A stretch of DNA of 64,000 nucleotides, from assembly GCA_013239625.1 (NCBI GenBank), contig MU057347.1, positions 15,333,388-15,397,387 on the forward strand, written 5' to 3'. Below, piece after piece: positions 25,591 to 39,251 of this stretch. The stretch comes from Lama guanicoe (taxonomy: Eukaryota). A program made the position numbers and the translations under genes. The notes below the pieces were generated by a model, which was not told the origin of the DNA, ran no database searches, and saw only the letters and a list, made by a program, of their open reading frames with translations. Position 1 is the first letter of the stretch. Each line of letters begins with the position of its first letter.

Positions 25591-26791
25591 AAGAATTCTT
25601 AACTGACACAGGTGTTAGACTGATACTGTCTTACTGAATGCACCCAACAGTCCTAACAAGGTGGATACTGGTACCAGACACTTTCTGCCCAGTGTGCATT
25701 CTTCCTTGTCCTGGTAACAGCACAGAATTTCCCTCTGGGGAACAGTGTCTTCCCCACAGTCTATCCACATGATCTGAGTCGTGCTGACACCCTCCTGGCT
25801 CTGCCGTGGGTGTGTGGATGACCAGAGCATCGCTGACTCAGGGATAAGTTGAGGGATGGGCACATGACACAGTGTGGGCCAATGTTCAAATGGCTGGAGA
25901 GGAGTGTTTATTTTTCATCACAAAAATATGTACACCATGGGCACCGGGCCACCCTCCTGCCCCCAGCTGGAGCTGGTCAGCCTGAGTGTGACACTGACAG
26001 AGGGGGCCAGAGCCAAGAAACAGAGTTACCAGGTCCCGATGAGAGTTTTGAGCTCCCAAATCTGGCTGGGTTAAAAGTCAGCTCTATCTTCAATATTTTC
26101 AAATATTTGAGTCGATGAATCTTTTTCTCTCTTAAGCTCATTTGAATGGGATTTTCTGTCACTTACACTCTGAAGAGCACTGCCTCTCCCTGGAGCAGCA
26201 GTCTAGCTCCCCCATTTTACAGGTGTGGAACTTGAGTTCCAGGATGATATAGTTTTCCCAAGACCATCTAGCTTTGAACTCAGGTCCAGATCCCTCCAAG
26301 GCAGGTCAGTTTTATCACTAAGAAATCAATTACCTACCTCTACTCCATGCTGGCTGTGTCCACAGACGGGAGTCAAGTTCCACCGTCTTGTTAGTGAATG
26401 TGAATCCGTGATTCTCTTGGGTCCCAGGCTGAGAACACTTGCTGGAGTGTAGGTGAAAAGAAAAGAAACATTTCCTTGAACAGATTAATTTGGGGACTTG
26501 GTACTTTTAATTAGTTATTTTTGAGTGAGGTACAGCAACCTCAGTGGGTTATTTATTTGATTGCACATGACTCTGAAGCAAAACAGCTTTGATTTGGTTT
26601 CCCGGTGACCAGATGATCTGTATCGTCAGGCAGTTGGTAGAGGGCTTCCTAATTACAAGAAATAAAAAGAAAAATCTGAGCCTTCCTCCTTCCCCGCCAA
26701 CATTCTTTGCAAAACATGCTTTGTTAGGCCCTGGACTAGTTCACTACAATGTGTCACTAGCAAAATATCGAAGAGGCAGAAGAGCCTGATG

Positions 26792-26931
26792 NNNNNNNNN
26801 NNNNNNNNNNNNNNNNNNNNNNNNNNNNNNNNNNNNNNNNNNNNNNNNNNNNNNNNNNNNNNNNNNNNNNNNNNNNNNNNNNNNNNNNNNNNNNNNNNNN
26901 NNNNNNNNNNNNNNNNNNNNNNNNNNNNNNN
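26792..26931. other. N-run, 140 nt
   Basis: Directly visible. Confidence 0.99.
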
Positions 26932-27379
26932 GTATTTGACACTTCCCCACCTCGTGCTGGCAGGAGCTGTCTCCCTGAGGAGAGGCGCTGAGAGAGGGGA
27001 AGTCGGCCTCCAGCGGAGAAGTGGGCGGCCTCCGAAAGCTCGCTTGTGAGTTTGTGGGCTGTTGCCCAGCACACATCTTCCCACAGTGAGAATGGTGTTT
27101 CGCGCCCTGCGTTCGTACTCAAGAGCCAAGTGAGCCCCATTTTATCAATTAAGGGGTTTTGGTTGCAAATAATAGAAACTACCTTCAGTTAATTTAAGCC
27201 AAATTACCAGAAGGATACTGGGAGCTCTGAGTCAGTGGGAAGGCTGAGGGACCACACTTTTCAAGAGGCAGCTCCGGAGAGCGACAAAGCAGACCCACAG
27301 CAACAGCCACCACCTTGGTGTCCGTTGTCAACCCATCTACCCCAAACCTGGTCCTCCTTGCACTCCTCCACCTCAGCAA

Positions 27380-28150
27380 ACGGTTCCTCAGGCCAGCATG
27401 TTGGGATTATCCTCGGCTCTTCCATCACTCTCACTTCCCACCCAGCCTCTCAGTAAACTTGGTTAGCTCCACCTTCTAAATACATACAGAACCGGATTAC
27501 TTTCCATACCCGGTTCTAGGCAGTATCATTTCTCACCTGAAATTTTGCCATGGCCTTCTCGCTGGTCTCCCTGCTTCCCTGCTCAGTCTACACGCCACCC
27601 AGCAGCCAGCAGGATTACGTCAAACCCTAAGTCAGATCATGTCGCTCCCTCCAAGGTTTTCTCGTATCTCAGGAAGTGGTTTGATCTGACTGGATCTGGC
27701 TCCTGCCATCTCTCCAGCCTTCTCAGCCATCACCTTTCCATTCCATCCTTCTGCTGCAGCCACACTGACTTCCTCCTCACTGTTCCTTAAACACTCCAAG
27801 CATGCTCCTGCCTCAGGGCCTTTGCACCTGCTTTGCCGTCTGCCTGGAACACTTTTGTCATAGCTTCTCTGTTCAAATATAGTTTCCTTAGAGGAGTCTT
27901 CTCTGAGCAGCCTCTAAAACAGAAGCCACCTTCCCCCACCCCTCTCACAATCTGTCCCCTTCACCCTACTTTATTTTCCTTTGTAGCCTGGTCACCACTT
28001 GATGTGTTTGTAGTCTAACTCCCTCTCTTAGGATATAAACTACTTGAATTTGTCTGTTTTCTTCCATTCCATGTCCTCATACTGGCACATATTAGGCGCT
28101 CAATAATTTTTTGGAGGGGGGAATGAACGGATGAATGCATGCATGGTTAA
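27380..28150 (+). mobile_element. L2 LINE 3' portion
   Basis: aagtcagatcatgtcgctccc, cagccacactgacttcctc, cctcagggcctttgcacctgct, tgcctggaacac, ctggcacatattaggcgctcaata, gaatgaatg tail. Confidence 0.9.
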
Positions 28151-29089
28151 ATACAGGAACAGCCCTGGGGCGGGAACAGCCTAATCAGCCCATCCCGCTC
28201 CCGCGGGGAGGGATGAACTCCAATTACTTTCCATTTCAAAAATCAAATTCCAGGGAGGGGTTTCTGATGAGCATAGGCTGCTCGTATCTTAGCAAAAGAA
28301 GAACAGGAAGTGAGTCCCATGAGCTTCCCCAAAGGGAAGAGATACTCCCAAAAGGAAACTGCTCCTTATGTTCAACAAGTAGTAATGGATTCTTGGGTCA
28401 AGGTGGGGGAGCTATGCCTACAAATGTGTAAACTAGTACACAGAAATGAAATGACTTTCTGTTCCTGTTTGGGACAATTGATGCTTCCAGTAACCAAAAT
28501 CCAAGTAGCAGTAGCTTAGACATACAAGGGCTTATTTTTCAGGCATAGTCAACCTGTGAGAAGGCAGTTGCTGGTACTGGTTCAGTAGCTCAGCAGCATC
28601 AGAATCTGGGTTGGCATTTCTGGGATCTTCTTGGCCTTTTCCTCATGGTCACAATATGGTTGCCACATGTCCAAGCTTCCTGCCTTCACACATTCTTCAA
28701 GGGAAGAAAGAAGTGGAGGATAAATGATGCAGTGTTTTCTTCCAGTACATGTCTCTCTAATCACAGAAGGAACTGTCCTTCCTAGGAGCTGTCTGAGACA
28801 TCCCATTTTTTATTTTTGGCAAAACTGGACAATGTCTATGTATTTCCAGTCTCTATGGCAAGAGCCGGGCATTGAGAAGGGTGTTGGGAATGCTTCTGGG
28901 TGGTCAGCCAATGGTGTCTGCTCATGATCAAACAGCTACAGGGTAGAGGACTTGGTCTTATCTAAGTTTTGTCTGGTGCCAAAGTCTCTTAGACTGTAGG
29001 TTACATTGCCTCTTGGGGGAAGGTTTTGTTTTCCCTTTCAATTTGCTCTGTTTTGTTTTCAGACGCTGTCTAGGTAGCTACACACAAAT

Positions 29090-29368
29090 GGCCATATAGT
29101 ACATGATTCTGTTGATATGAAATGTCCAGGAGAAGCAATCTATAGAGATAGAAAGTAGGTTATTGGTTGCCAGGGGCTAGGGGGTTGCAGTGAATGGAGG
29201 GTGACCGTGAATGGGTATGGGGTTTCTTTTTGGGGTGATGAAGATATTCTGAATTTGATAGTGGTGGTGATTACACAATTCTGTGAATATGCTAAAAATC
29301 ACTGGATTGTACACTTCGAAATGGTGAATTTTATGATGTGTGAACTATAATAAAGTCGTTAAAAAAAG
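29090..29368 (+). mobile_element. L1MB-like 3' end
   Basis: tatagagatagaaagtagg...ggttgccaggggctagg...ttttggggtgatgaa...attgtacacttcgaaatggtgaattttatg...aataaag. Confidence 0.85.
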
Positions 29369-29971
29369 TAAATGCTAAACCTATACTATAATTTTTGTAA
29401 CCCTCTACGTTTAAAAATATACCAGGATCTTCAAAACATCAGAATGCCCTACGCCTCTCCTGCCCTGTCTGAAGTCTTGGGCATAGCCACTCTCGACGAG
29501 CTCCTGGAGGTCCAATCTGACTATTAGCTTGCCCTGCCCTGCCTTCACAGATCAGAACTCCTTTCCCTTACTCCTTTAAGGTCTCCTTTCTAGGTATTTT
29601 TCCATATATACTCACACATGAAAAACAATTTATTTCCCTTGCACTCTCATGACCTCATTAAATTGCAAATTCCACGAGATGGTGCTTGACATTATAGCTA
29701 AGATCGTTTCTACATAGTAGATGCTCATATGTTGCTAAGTGGAGGGGCCGATTATAAAAATATTTGAGAAGGACTTTAAGAAGTTCTGTAGCAATATTAG
29801 ACTAGTAGCTTTAGGGGTGGAAATTCTCAGCTCAGGCCATGCTTTAGAACCCCTGCGTCGCTTTTCCTATGCGGGTGCCTGGGATCCATGCCCAAGGATT
29901 CTGATTCCGTTGGGATGGCATCAAGGTATCTGAGCTCTCTGGGTAATTCTCATATTCAGCAAGAACTAGAA

Positions 29972-30200
29972 CAGTGTTTTTTGACTGGGAGTGATTTTGC
30001 TTCCTGCTCAGGGCACATTTGGCAATGGCTAAAGACATTTTTGGTTGTCACAGCTCGGGGAGAAGCATGTGCTGTTGGCATCTTGTGGACCAGGAGAGAC
30101 CAGGGATGCCGATGAACATCCTCCAAAACTCAGGGCAGCCCCCACGACAAAGAATTACCTTGCCTAAAATGTCAGTAATTCTGAGGCAGAGAAACCCTGA
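29972..30200 (+). mobile_element. MER20 hAT-Charlie MITE, adjacent to a MER5-like element at about 29812-29970
   Basis: gtgattttgc...agggcacatttggcaatg...gacatttttggttgtcaca...cagcccccacgacaaagaatta...aaaatgtcagta...gagaaaccctg. Confidence 0.9.
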
Positions 30201-30769
30201 GTTAAAGGGATCAGAGAAGACCGGCCAACTGCATTATCAGAGTTCGACTCTGGAGCAGGTGGTGGCAAGTAGAAACACGTGAATGTGGCACCCAGGTAGT
30301 CAAGTGGGTGATCACGGGGAGTCACAGCTGAGGCTCAGCACAGCTCTGAGTTTGATCTCCCCGTGGGTCCTGTGGATCCAGAACTCCTTTGTTGATAAGC
30401 TCATCGGGAAGCAAGACAGAAGTTAGGGTTTTAAAATTCTTGTTATTTTTACAGGCATTCCACAGCTAAAAGCCATCAATTGTCAACCACGATGAGCAAT
30501 TCAAGTTCAAAATGAAGAACTTCTGACAATTACCGTGCATCTTTATTTCTTCGGCATGCTTTTAGAATTATTGCTTTCATTGTGGAGTAAAACTTGGGCC
30601 ACGGCAACACACTCCAGAAAACAGCACACCATTATTTGTGATAAGGGGGAGCAGGAGATAAGAACACAGGCTCAGGAGAGACGTCTTTGTGGGCTGGAGC
30701 GAACACCCGAATCAGAGGCTGATCATGCCAAAGCCACCAAAGCAACAAGCATCCTACACACCTTGGGAC

Positions 30770-30909
30770 NNNNNNNNNNNNNNNNNNNNNNNNNNNNNNN
30801 NNNNNNNNNNNNNNNNNNNNNNNNNNNNNNNNNNNNNNNNNNNNNNNNNNNNNNNNNNNNNNNNNNNNNNNNNNNNNNNNNNNNNNNNNNNNNNNNNNNN
30901 NNNNNNNNN
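30770..30909. other. N-run, 140 nt
   Basis: Directly visible. Confidence 0.99.
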
Positions 30910-31094
30910 CTTGTAAGGTATTCTCAATAGTATAAAGATAAGGAAATCGCATAATTGAAAAGAGCTGAAAACAGCATTAGCACAAGAGCATATGAGGAGA
31001 GCAAGGGAATCAATCGTGGAGTGCAGGAAAGGAGCGCAGATAAGGCTGAGCTCCCTTCCGTGAATAAAACTGCCCACTTGCTACGAAAGCCAGC

Positions 31095-31275
31095 CCAGTG
31101 GTTTTCAACCCAGGCTGCACAACAGAACCTCTGGGACAGCTTTAAAAGCTCCCGGTGCCCCGGCTGTGCTCCAGCACAATACGGTCCAAACCTCTGGGGT
31201 GGGGCGAGGTAGCGGCACATTGTAAAGCTCCCCGGGTGGTTCCAATGAGCAGCCACACCGGCGACCCACTGGTGG
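31095..31275. mobile_element. MER5A-like MITE
   Basis: cagtggttttcaacccaggctgcacaacagaacc...ctctggggtggggc...aagctcccgggtggttccaatgagcagcca...ccactg. Confidence 0.8.
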
Positions 31276-34200
31276 GTTCTCCCTCTCTCTGCCTGCTCTC
31301 CTACAGAGGCAGCATCTTGGCTCGGCTCACACCACAGTCTGTTGCACCTAAACCCTGCGGGACACAGAGGTACTTCGTTTAGTAAGTATTTGTGTCAAAG
31401 GCGTTGGGACAGTGTTGTGAGCCCAGTGGCAGTGGCGTCCAGTAGCAGCAGTGGCCACGGTACTTCGGGGCAGTGGCTTAACAAGAGTTAAGGTCCCCCT
31501 GGGGGGACTGCGAAGTGGTTCCTCTGACACAGCTTCCTTTGTTTCCTGCTCATTGTCCCAGCCTTCTTCTCTTTTTGGAGACTTCCTGATTTCCTGCCAA
31601 TAAACTAAATTTCTACTAAGTTAACCAGACGTGGTTTCTGTTGCTTGCAGCCAAGAACCCTGAAGGCTTTATGAAGGCTTTATTTATTGAATGTTTTTCT
31701 TGAAATTGACAGACTAAGAAAATATCTATCTTAGCTTCATCCAACGTAATGATATCCATGGAACCCCTTTAGATGTGTCAGTAAGGTCTTTCGGAATGTA
31801 TGTAAAATAAACACACAATTGTTAGACATAAAACGTCTCTATACAACCTCAAACTGTCTTGCATCCCAGCAGCTCATGAGCTCCCTTTTGGGAAAGGCTG
31901 AGTTAGGATTCTTTTTAGCGCAGTTAATAGAAAGCAGATCTGAACAGCTTAAGCCGAAATAAGGAATTTGTTGGGGTTTCTCGTAAAATCAAGGAAGCAG
32001 CCGTGGGCACCTTGGGACTCAGGGAGGGTCGCAGCTCTCTCCTCCCAAGCACTCCCAACAGTGCGGTTTAACACCAACACCTCCTGCTGAAACCTGCAAA
32101 CACAGGCGGGGAAGAGGTTCCGCTGTGGCCAGGAGGGGCCGGTCATGGAGCGTAGGCAGTTGCCGGGGGCCCTGGTCCACGGCTGGGGTCAGTCCCCAGG
32201 GCAGGGTCATTGATTGGAGCGAGGTAACTACCTGAAGAGACGCCTCCTGCCTTACAGGAAAATTCTCGTGAACTGGGTGGGACAGGCTGTAAGTCAGGCA
32301 GGATATGCTCAATGCCAAGTGACAATCCCCCCAAACCTCCCCCCCAAAACAAAATACAAGCCGATCTAAGCGAAAAAGGGGCTTTACTGACTCAGAAAAC
32401 CGGACTGTGTAGGGCCGAGAACCGGTCGGAGTCGTTCCTGGAGCTGGGGCTCAAACAGTGCCATCAGCGCTAAGTTTCACCTCCCTCTCCTCTCTCTCTC
32501 CTCTGTGTCGGCTTCACTCCCCGAAGGGTGTTCTCCTCCCGGAAGCCCAGCCGTTCTGGGATTATCTGTCATCCTCAGAGACAGCCATCTCAGCGCCTGG
32601 AGCACCTCTCTTCGGTCCTTTCAGCAACAGCCTTGGGGCAGATTCTCCTTGGTCAGGCAGAAGTCAAGTGCCCATCTGGGAACCGATCACTGTGGCCCTG
32701 GGAGGCCTGTACTACATGGAGTGACCAGGTTTAAACCAAGTGCCCATCTGGATGGGCCGTGGGTGGGGCCAACTCCTGTCATATCATGTGGGCTGAAATC
32801 ACAGCTGGTAAATATTCAGAAATTGGCTCTAGGGGTGGGGCAGGGGACATGTGTATGTGCAAATACTCCCACCATGGCTGACTTCAAGCTACCTGCACAA
32901 TCTCAAATGGCTTACAAGGTTGCTAAAAGTTTAACAGTCAGCATTCATGAGCTGGTAAGACAAGGGAGAGGTGGCAGAGGTTAGGGTAGAGTTTCCTTAA
33001 AATAAATCATCATCCTAGCAGCAGCATCAGGATGATGGGGAATAGACGTGGGGCAGGTAAGACCAACAGATGCATCCTGCAGAGTACAGAAACTTCAGTT
33101 TATTCTGCTAAATACCTACTGAGGTATATTTCCACAGAAGTGCTAGGAAGTAGGTTCTAGAAGAGAATTCATTGATCCATCACCAAGTATTTATTTTCTA
33201 CCAAGGACAGAGACTGCCTCTATTTTGGGACACAGACATGAACTCATCGTCTACGTGGGAAGCTGACGTGTCACAAGAGGGTGTGAAAGGTACGGTTAGT
33301 GCTCTAACAGAGGACAGGTGTTAGCAAAGGGAGCAGGCAACCTAAACGGGGAGGGGAGGACTAGGGGAAGTTTCAGAGAGCAGGTCTTACCTGTGCTGGT
33401 TCTAGAAGGATGTGTGGGGACTTGTCAGACTAATGGGGTGGGCATGCCAGGCTGAGGGTACCAGGCTTCAAAGTCGTCGGGGTAGGAAATAGCTCTAAGT
33501 GGTTTCAGATGAACTCGGGTGGGAGGGGGAGGCAGCCAGTCTGGGGCTAGATCTTGCATTACGTGTTCAGGATATTGGATTTTATCCTGCTGCCATTGAA
33601 AGAGCAATTAAAGTGTTTCAATCTGGAAAAAGGGTCCTGATCATACGGGCATTTTAGAACAGCGGTGCAGCTGTGTGGAGGGCTGATTCTAGAGGAGGGA
33701 AGTCGAAAGCAAGGAGATCAGCAGGAATTTAGGTGAGAAGGTGGGCGGAGCAAGGAGGTGAAACGGAATCAACTTGGTGGCCAACTGAGCGTGCGGGGGC
33801 AAGCTCCAGAACATTCACCATTTTGGTCCAGCAGTAGCTTTGACCGATGGGGAAGGACAGGCTTATATGTAGCAGAGAAACTCGAAGCCTGCATGCTAAA
33901 GAAGCAAGGCCTCAGAAATAAAAAGTGTCTCTCTAGTTTAATATCACAAACTAACATGATTTGTGATCAGGAAGAAGAGAGGTCAATACTGGTTGGCACA
34001 ACTCAGAAAAACTCACGAATGCGGCAGAAAGGGATGGGCTCCACCTGGCAGGGGCTGCATCTGTCAGAGCGAACCAAACACTGCAGTGCAGATCCCGTGC
34101 CCACACTCTTCCTCACTTCTGGGTCCAGGGCTCAAATGATGGGGGCACGATTCCATCTTCCCTCCCCGCTACCCTCTTTTCCTCTGGGTTGAATTCATTC

Positions 34201-34279
34201 TCAGACAGGCGTCCTCCCCTTCTCTGGAGAAAAAGGAAAAAAAAAGTCCTCCTTTTTCTGGAGAAAGGGGATTTGAGAT

Positions 34280-35760
34280 TTCAGTTTTTGAGAGATTGCA
34301 AGTTTGAAAATGTAATTGTTCTTGAGTAATCATTTGGCTGGTTATGAAATTATCTGAAAGAAATACTTTTGCATTGGAATTTGGAAGAAACGTATTGCCT
34401 TTCAGTTTTCAGCACAGCTGTTGTGACATGTGATGATGTTTCCTAATTTTTCTCTCTCTGGAAAACTTTCAGGGTTTGGAGTTATATGATGGTATAACTT
34501 GGCATGGACTTTTCTCACTTTCTGAGCTGGGTAACCGATGGGTTCCTGAAGCTGGTGTTCTTTCGTTTTTGAGATTTTCTTGGATAATTTTTTTTAATGT
34601 TATTTCTCCTTTTTTCATTCTTAATTTATTATCATTGTTTTATGAAATTTCTATTATTTGGATGTTGTATCTTTAATTTTCTTCCTAATATCTTCTCTCC
34701 ATCGTCTACCTCTTTTTCCTTTGTCTTACTTTCTGGGAGAATTCTCACCATCATCTTCCAAACTGCTGCTTGAATTTTTAATTGTTGCACTGTATCTTTC
34801 AGTTTCCAAAAGCTATTTACTATTCTCTGACTTTCCATTATATGTATTTTATTGATGAATGCTGTATCGCTCTGAGGGTACTTCCAGTATTTTTGACATT
34901 TTTTCCTTGCATGCCACACAGTCTCTTTCCTTAGAGTTCCTTTCCCCTCGTTTGTCTTCATCTCTGAATTGTATCTTTGAGGTTTTGCTCAAATACTTGG
35001 TGATGCCTGGGTGTCCATTTGTACTTTGAAGTGAGCCACTAAAAGCAGACTCAGCGCTTGATGTGGGACGGATCGTGTTGACTGGTGGGCTTCTGAGTGC
35101 GAACAATGCGGGATAGTTGCTTGTTTTATGGGAATCCCCCCACATGTCAGCACCTGTGGTCTTCTCTCCTGGACAGAGGAGCGTCTTCGGTGAGGAGACA
35201 GTGAGCCTCTCCCTTGGGAGGGCAGTGAGTGTTGACAGGTAGCCCAGACTGGGAACCAAGCGGAGAAGGGATGAGAGTCTCTGTCGGTGTGCCTGCTTGT
35301 GTCACAGGGGGCCGTCAGTCTCACCCTCCCTTGTGCTGGGCATCTTCCAGTCCAGAGTCTTTAAACTCGCGCCCATGACAACTTCGCTTTCTGTGGGAGG
35401 TAAGCGAGGGAGGAAATCCTGAAGAGTTTTCCAGATTGCACGCCCAGTCTGCACTCCCGTCTTCGGGAGTACGCAGCGCCCCCCAGCCTCAGCTCCGCAG
35501 GTCCCGGCGCCTGCAGCGCTTCCACGCGGACTTCCCAGCGCCCGTCCTGGTCTAACGCGAAGCGCTGCACCTGCCACTTGCCACGTGTTCCTCCGCTTTC
35601 CACCTCTCAAAGTTTGACTGACGTTTCTCTCCTGTCATCGTCCGTTCTCCCACTCTTTTTGTCCTTGTGGCGTTTACGCCTCTCTAATCCCTTTACTGTC
35701 ATTTTAGCAAGGTTTTGAGGAGAGAAGATAAACGGGTGGATTCAAGCCCCTGTTTTAAAC
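34280..35760 (-). mobile_element. Ancient L1ME/HAL1-like 5'/ORF1 relic
   Basis: The minus-strand ORF 34632-34961 is K/E-rich and resembles degenerate ORF1 coiled-coil sequence; ttggctggttatgaaatt is typical antisense L1 ORF1 text. Confidence 0.6.
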
Positions 35761-38700
35761 CGGAAGCCCTTTAATATGCTTTCTATCAATTTTTAACGTG
35801 TCCATCCATCCCGCCTCTCTTCACTGCTGCTCCAGGCTGGTCGGACTCCGTGACTGAGCTGTCCTTGACGACTTCTTCCGTCTTTTCCTGTTGAGTATTT
35901 CACAAGGTCAGGCCCCAGGTGCGCGGTCGCACGAGCTCCCTGCGGCCCGGCGGCAGAGACCGTATAGAGGCTGGTGGCAGATTCCACAGTCTTAGAACAA
36001 TGCGCATGGGAGCCACAACGTGGCTCTTCCTCTTGCAGTTTTATTACGTTTTCAAAGGCTTTTAATTTTTCCCCTGATAAAGCCTTTTGAAAAATACTCA
36101 TTCTAAAAATACTTCAGCAGTGTAGAGGCTCAACATAAACTTCCCTACTCTCTCCCCTCTAATCTTGTGCCTCGCCTCTTAGGCATTTGGTATGTATCCT
36201 TCCACACGTGGTACGTATCCTTCCACACCTGGTAAATTATGCTTGTACCAGCACGTGATCACTCACTTACTCATTCAACAAACAATTTCTGAGTCTCTGT
36301 TTTGTGCCAGGCACTGATGTCGAGATGTAGGCAGTATGTTGGTGAACAAGACAGGTCAGATCCCTTCCCTCCTGGGGATGTACACTCTAGTGGATGTATA
36401 CCTCTCTGAACACCCCACACAAGCTCACCCTACATCCATAAAGACACACACACACTCATGGCCATATTGTACATATTGTTCTGTGAGCTACGCCCCGCCC
36501 CCCCCACTTATCATCTAGTACATCTTTCGACTTTAGTACAGTAGATGATCTTTGTAATTTTTAATGGTTGTGTGGCATCTCTTTAGGGGAACGTGTCATT
36601 TATCTACTCTCCTAATAATACTTATTTAGATTACTTCCAACATTCTGCTGTTGCAAACAATGGATCAAGTGTGATTTGTTCAAATAGTCTCCTACTGGTC
36701 AACCTTGAAGTGTTTCCAGTTTTCTATTTAAAATTTTTTAATTATACAAACAAATTTGCAAAGTTCGTTTTGTACATTTAACTTTGGACCTCTTCCCGAG
36801 ACCATCTATAGTGTGTATGTTCCTATAAGGAGAACGCTGGGGTCAAGTGGAACAGCATTACACATTTTGAAAGCTACTGACAAACTGCACTTAAAAAGTT
36901 TGAATGCATTTAAACTCCCACTAGCTATGAAGGAGTGTGCCTGTTTCTGAAAAAGGTGTTTTTGATGTGTGTTGTGATTTTTTTCATTTTGCCATGTTGC
37001 ATTTCCCTAGTTAATTTAAACCTGACTGCGACAGGACTGTATGCTTCCAGACACGGCCCGATTTACACAACCTGGGATTTCTTATCAGACTCCACAGCAC
37101 TTACCCTCTCTGAAAGCAACGTGGACATGGAAAATTCATCATTTTCTTTCCACTAGATCTTGAACAAATAAGCTAAAGAAACTTGGTCTCAGACCTATCT
37201 TTGAAGAAGTCACTGAATGAAAAAAAAAAATCTAAGAAAACCCCCCAACTATACATCTGTGTATCATCTTCAATCATTTTTAATCCATAACAAAATGTTA
37301 TGCTTCAGCTCATATTTAGAAAAGCAAAACAAATTTTATGTATAAGGTCATCTCTATCCACTCTCTCAATAAGCCTTTTCAAAGATCTCTGTGCAGATTG
37401 TGGCATGATCTGATTATAAATGAATGTGCATTACTAGACAGGAAAACCAAAGACATCAAAGTGTGGTGACTAGGATGGGCGATGTTAGACATCGTGATGT
37501 TAACGACTGTCACTCACGGCAACTTCCAGAAGTTATCTCCACTCAGTCTACCTTCGTTTTGGATAAGAGATTTTTTCTGTAGGGTTGCTCAAGTCAGATC
37601 CTTGTTCCTTTAATCTTGTTTCTCTCTAAGCGCATGCAAATTGTGCTTGACTTAACCAAGCAGCTCTGCTTTAATTTGTTGGCACGATGTGATGCGTAAC
37701 CAAAATGGATTTTTAGGCTCATCACATGTCTACGCTGGATGGTTCAAAAGCAGAGTGACCTTTACAACTTGCATTGTGCATTGCAAATCTAAAATCGGAG
37801 ATCAAGATTGCAAATTCTCACACTATTTTGCTTTCATTAGAGGAGAAGACAGAATTCAGCTGGACACAAGCACTAAAATTAGATTCTTAAATAAACAGCC
37901 CAGGTCTTAATAATTCATGCAAAGACGCAGGGGAAAAAATGAGGAAAATAATTGAGCAATGGCAGGCAGATACCATGTCGTCTTGTACTGCCTCAAACTA
38001 ATTATCAGTCCTGTATATCTCTGATGTACAGGTTTATTAATGAAACAAAAAGGCATCTACTATAGATAAATAATACACCATATGCAATCCACACATTCTA
38101 TGTATAACAGGGACTAGTGACACCTATCAATTCATTTGAAATCAGGTCATGTGCACGTTGCTCAGTCTGCAGTTTGTCAATCTCTGCTTTCTGCTTAATA
38201 GATGTTGTTTGTCGTGCTAAAAAAAAAAAGCACCGTAGTGAGGAAGTAGGTGAGATATAAAAGTAATTACAAAAAATCACGACTCACTCTGCCTCCAAAA
38301 AGGCAGCCTAAACAGTGATATATTTGTACATTTATCATAACCAACATAGGCTCAGCTTAGAGATTTAGTGAAAGAATTCAGCGGGGCCATTAAGAAATGA
38401 AGACATTTTGCAAACCTCTTTTTTTTTTTTTTGAATTCTACAAACCCATTAGGGTATTTATGCTTCTGGATGAAGAAGAATTAGTATCATTAACATGAAG
38501 GGGTTGTCAGGGAGGTTGCAGGAAGCCAGGGGTCACGGGATGGGGGGCAGGAAAGAAAGGCAGAATCCAGACTGAGAAAGTAGATGGAATAGAGGTTTCT
38601 GAAAAAAACAGAAAATAATTAGCGGTAGAACATACACAGACGTCATTAGCTGCAGGAATGTCTATGACAAATAAATAACGGTTGAAAACAATAAAATTCC

Positions 38701-38924
38701 TGGTAATGCAGTGTGTTGTAATATTGATGGCAACATGTGGGAAGCCTCTGACAGCTGTTAAACAGATGTGGCAATTAGCGAACCTTATGGTCATGCCGGT
38801 AAGATTATTATGCAACACATTCTCCAGCAAAATTAGACGACTTCCTTCTTTGTGTGGCTTTATGCATGTGGGGAGTGAGCTAGTCTAAAGCTCCATTTAA
38901 GCAAAGTCGCTAGCTGGTGTGTCT

Positions 38925-39215
38925 NNNNNNNNNNNNNNNNNNNNNNNNNNNNNNNNNNNNNNNNNNNNNNNNNNNNNNNNNNNNNNNNNNNNNNNNNNNN
39001 NNNNNNNNNNNNNNNNNNNNNNNNNNNNNNNNNNNNNNNNNNNNNNNNNNNNNNNNNNNNNNNNNNNNNNNNNNNNNNNNNNNNNNNNNNNNNNNNNNNN
39101 NNNNNNNNNNNNNNNNNNNNNNNNNNNNNNNNNNNNNNNNNNNNNNNNNNNNNNNNNNNNNNNNNNNNNNNNNNNNNNNNNNNNNNNNNNNNNNNNNNNN
39201 NNNNNNNNNNNNNNN
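38925..39215. other. N-run, 291 nt
   Basis: Directly visible. Confidence 0.99.
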
Positions 39216-39251
39216 GAAAAAAGAAAGAGACTTTTCCTTGATGTTTAACAT

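Noticed and set aside
32666-32751. 15-bp direct repeat caagtgcccatctgg, two copies
   Set aside because: Only two copies within MLT-like LTR sequence; not an array, and CRISPR is inapplicable in mammalian DNA
34632-34961. K/E-rich 109-aa ORF
   Set aside because: Degenerate fragment of an L1/HAL1 ORF1 relic, not an intact gene
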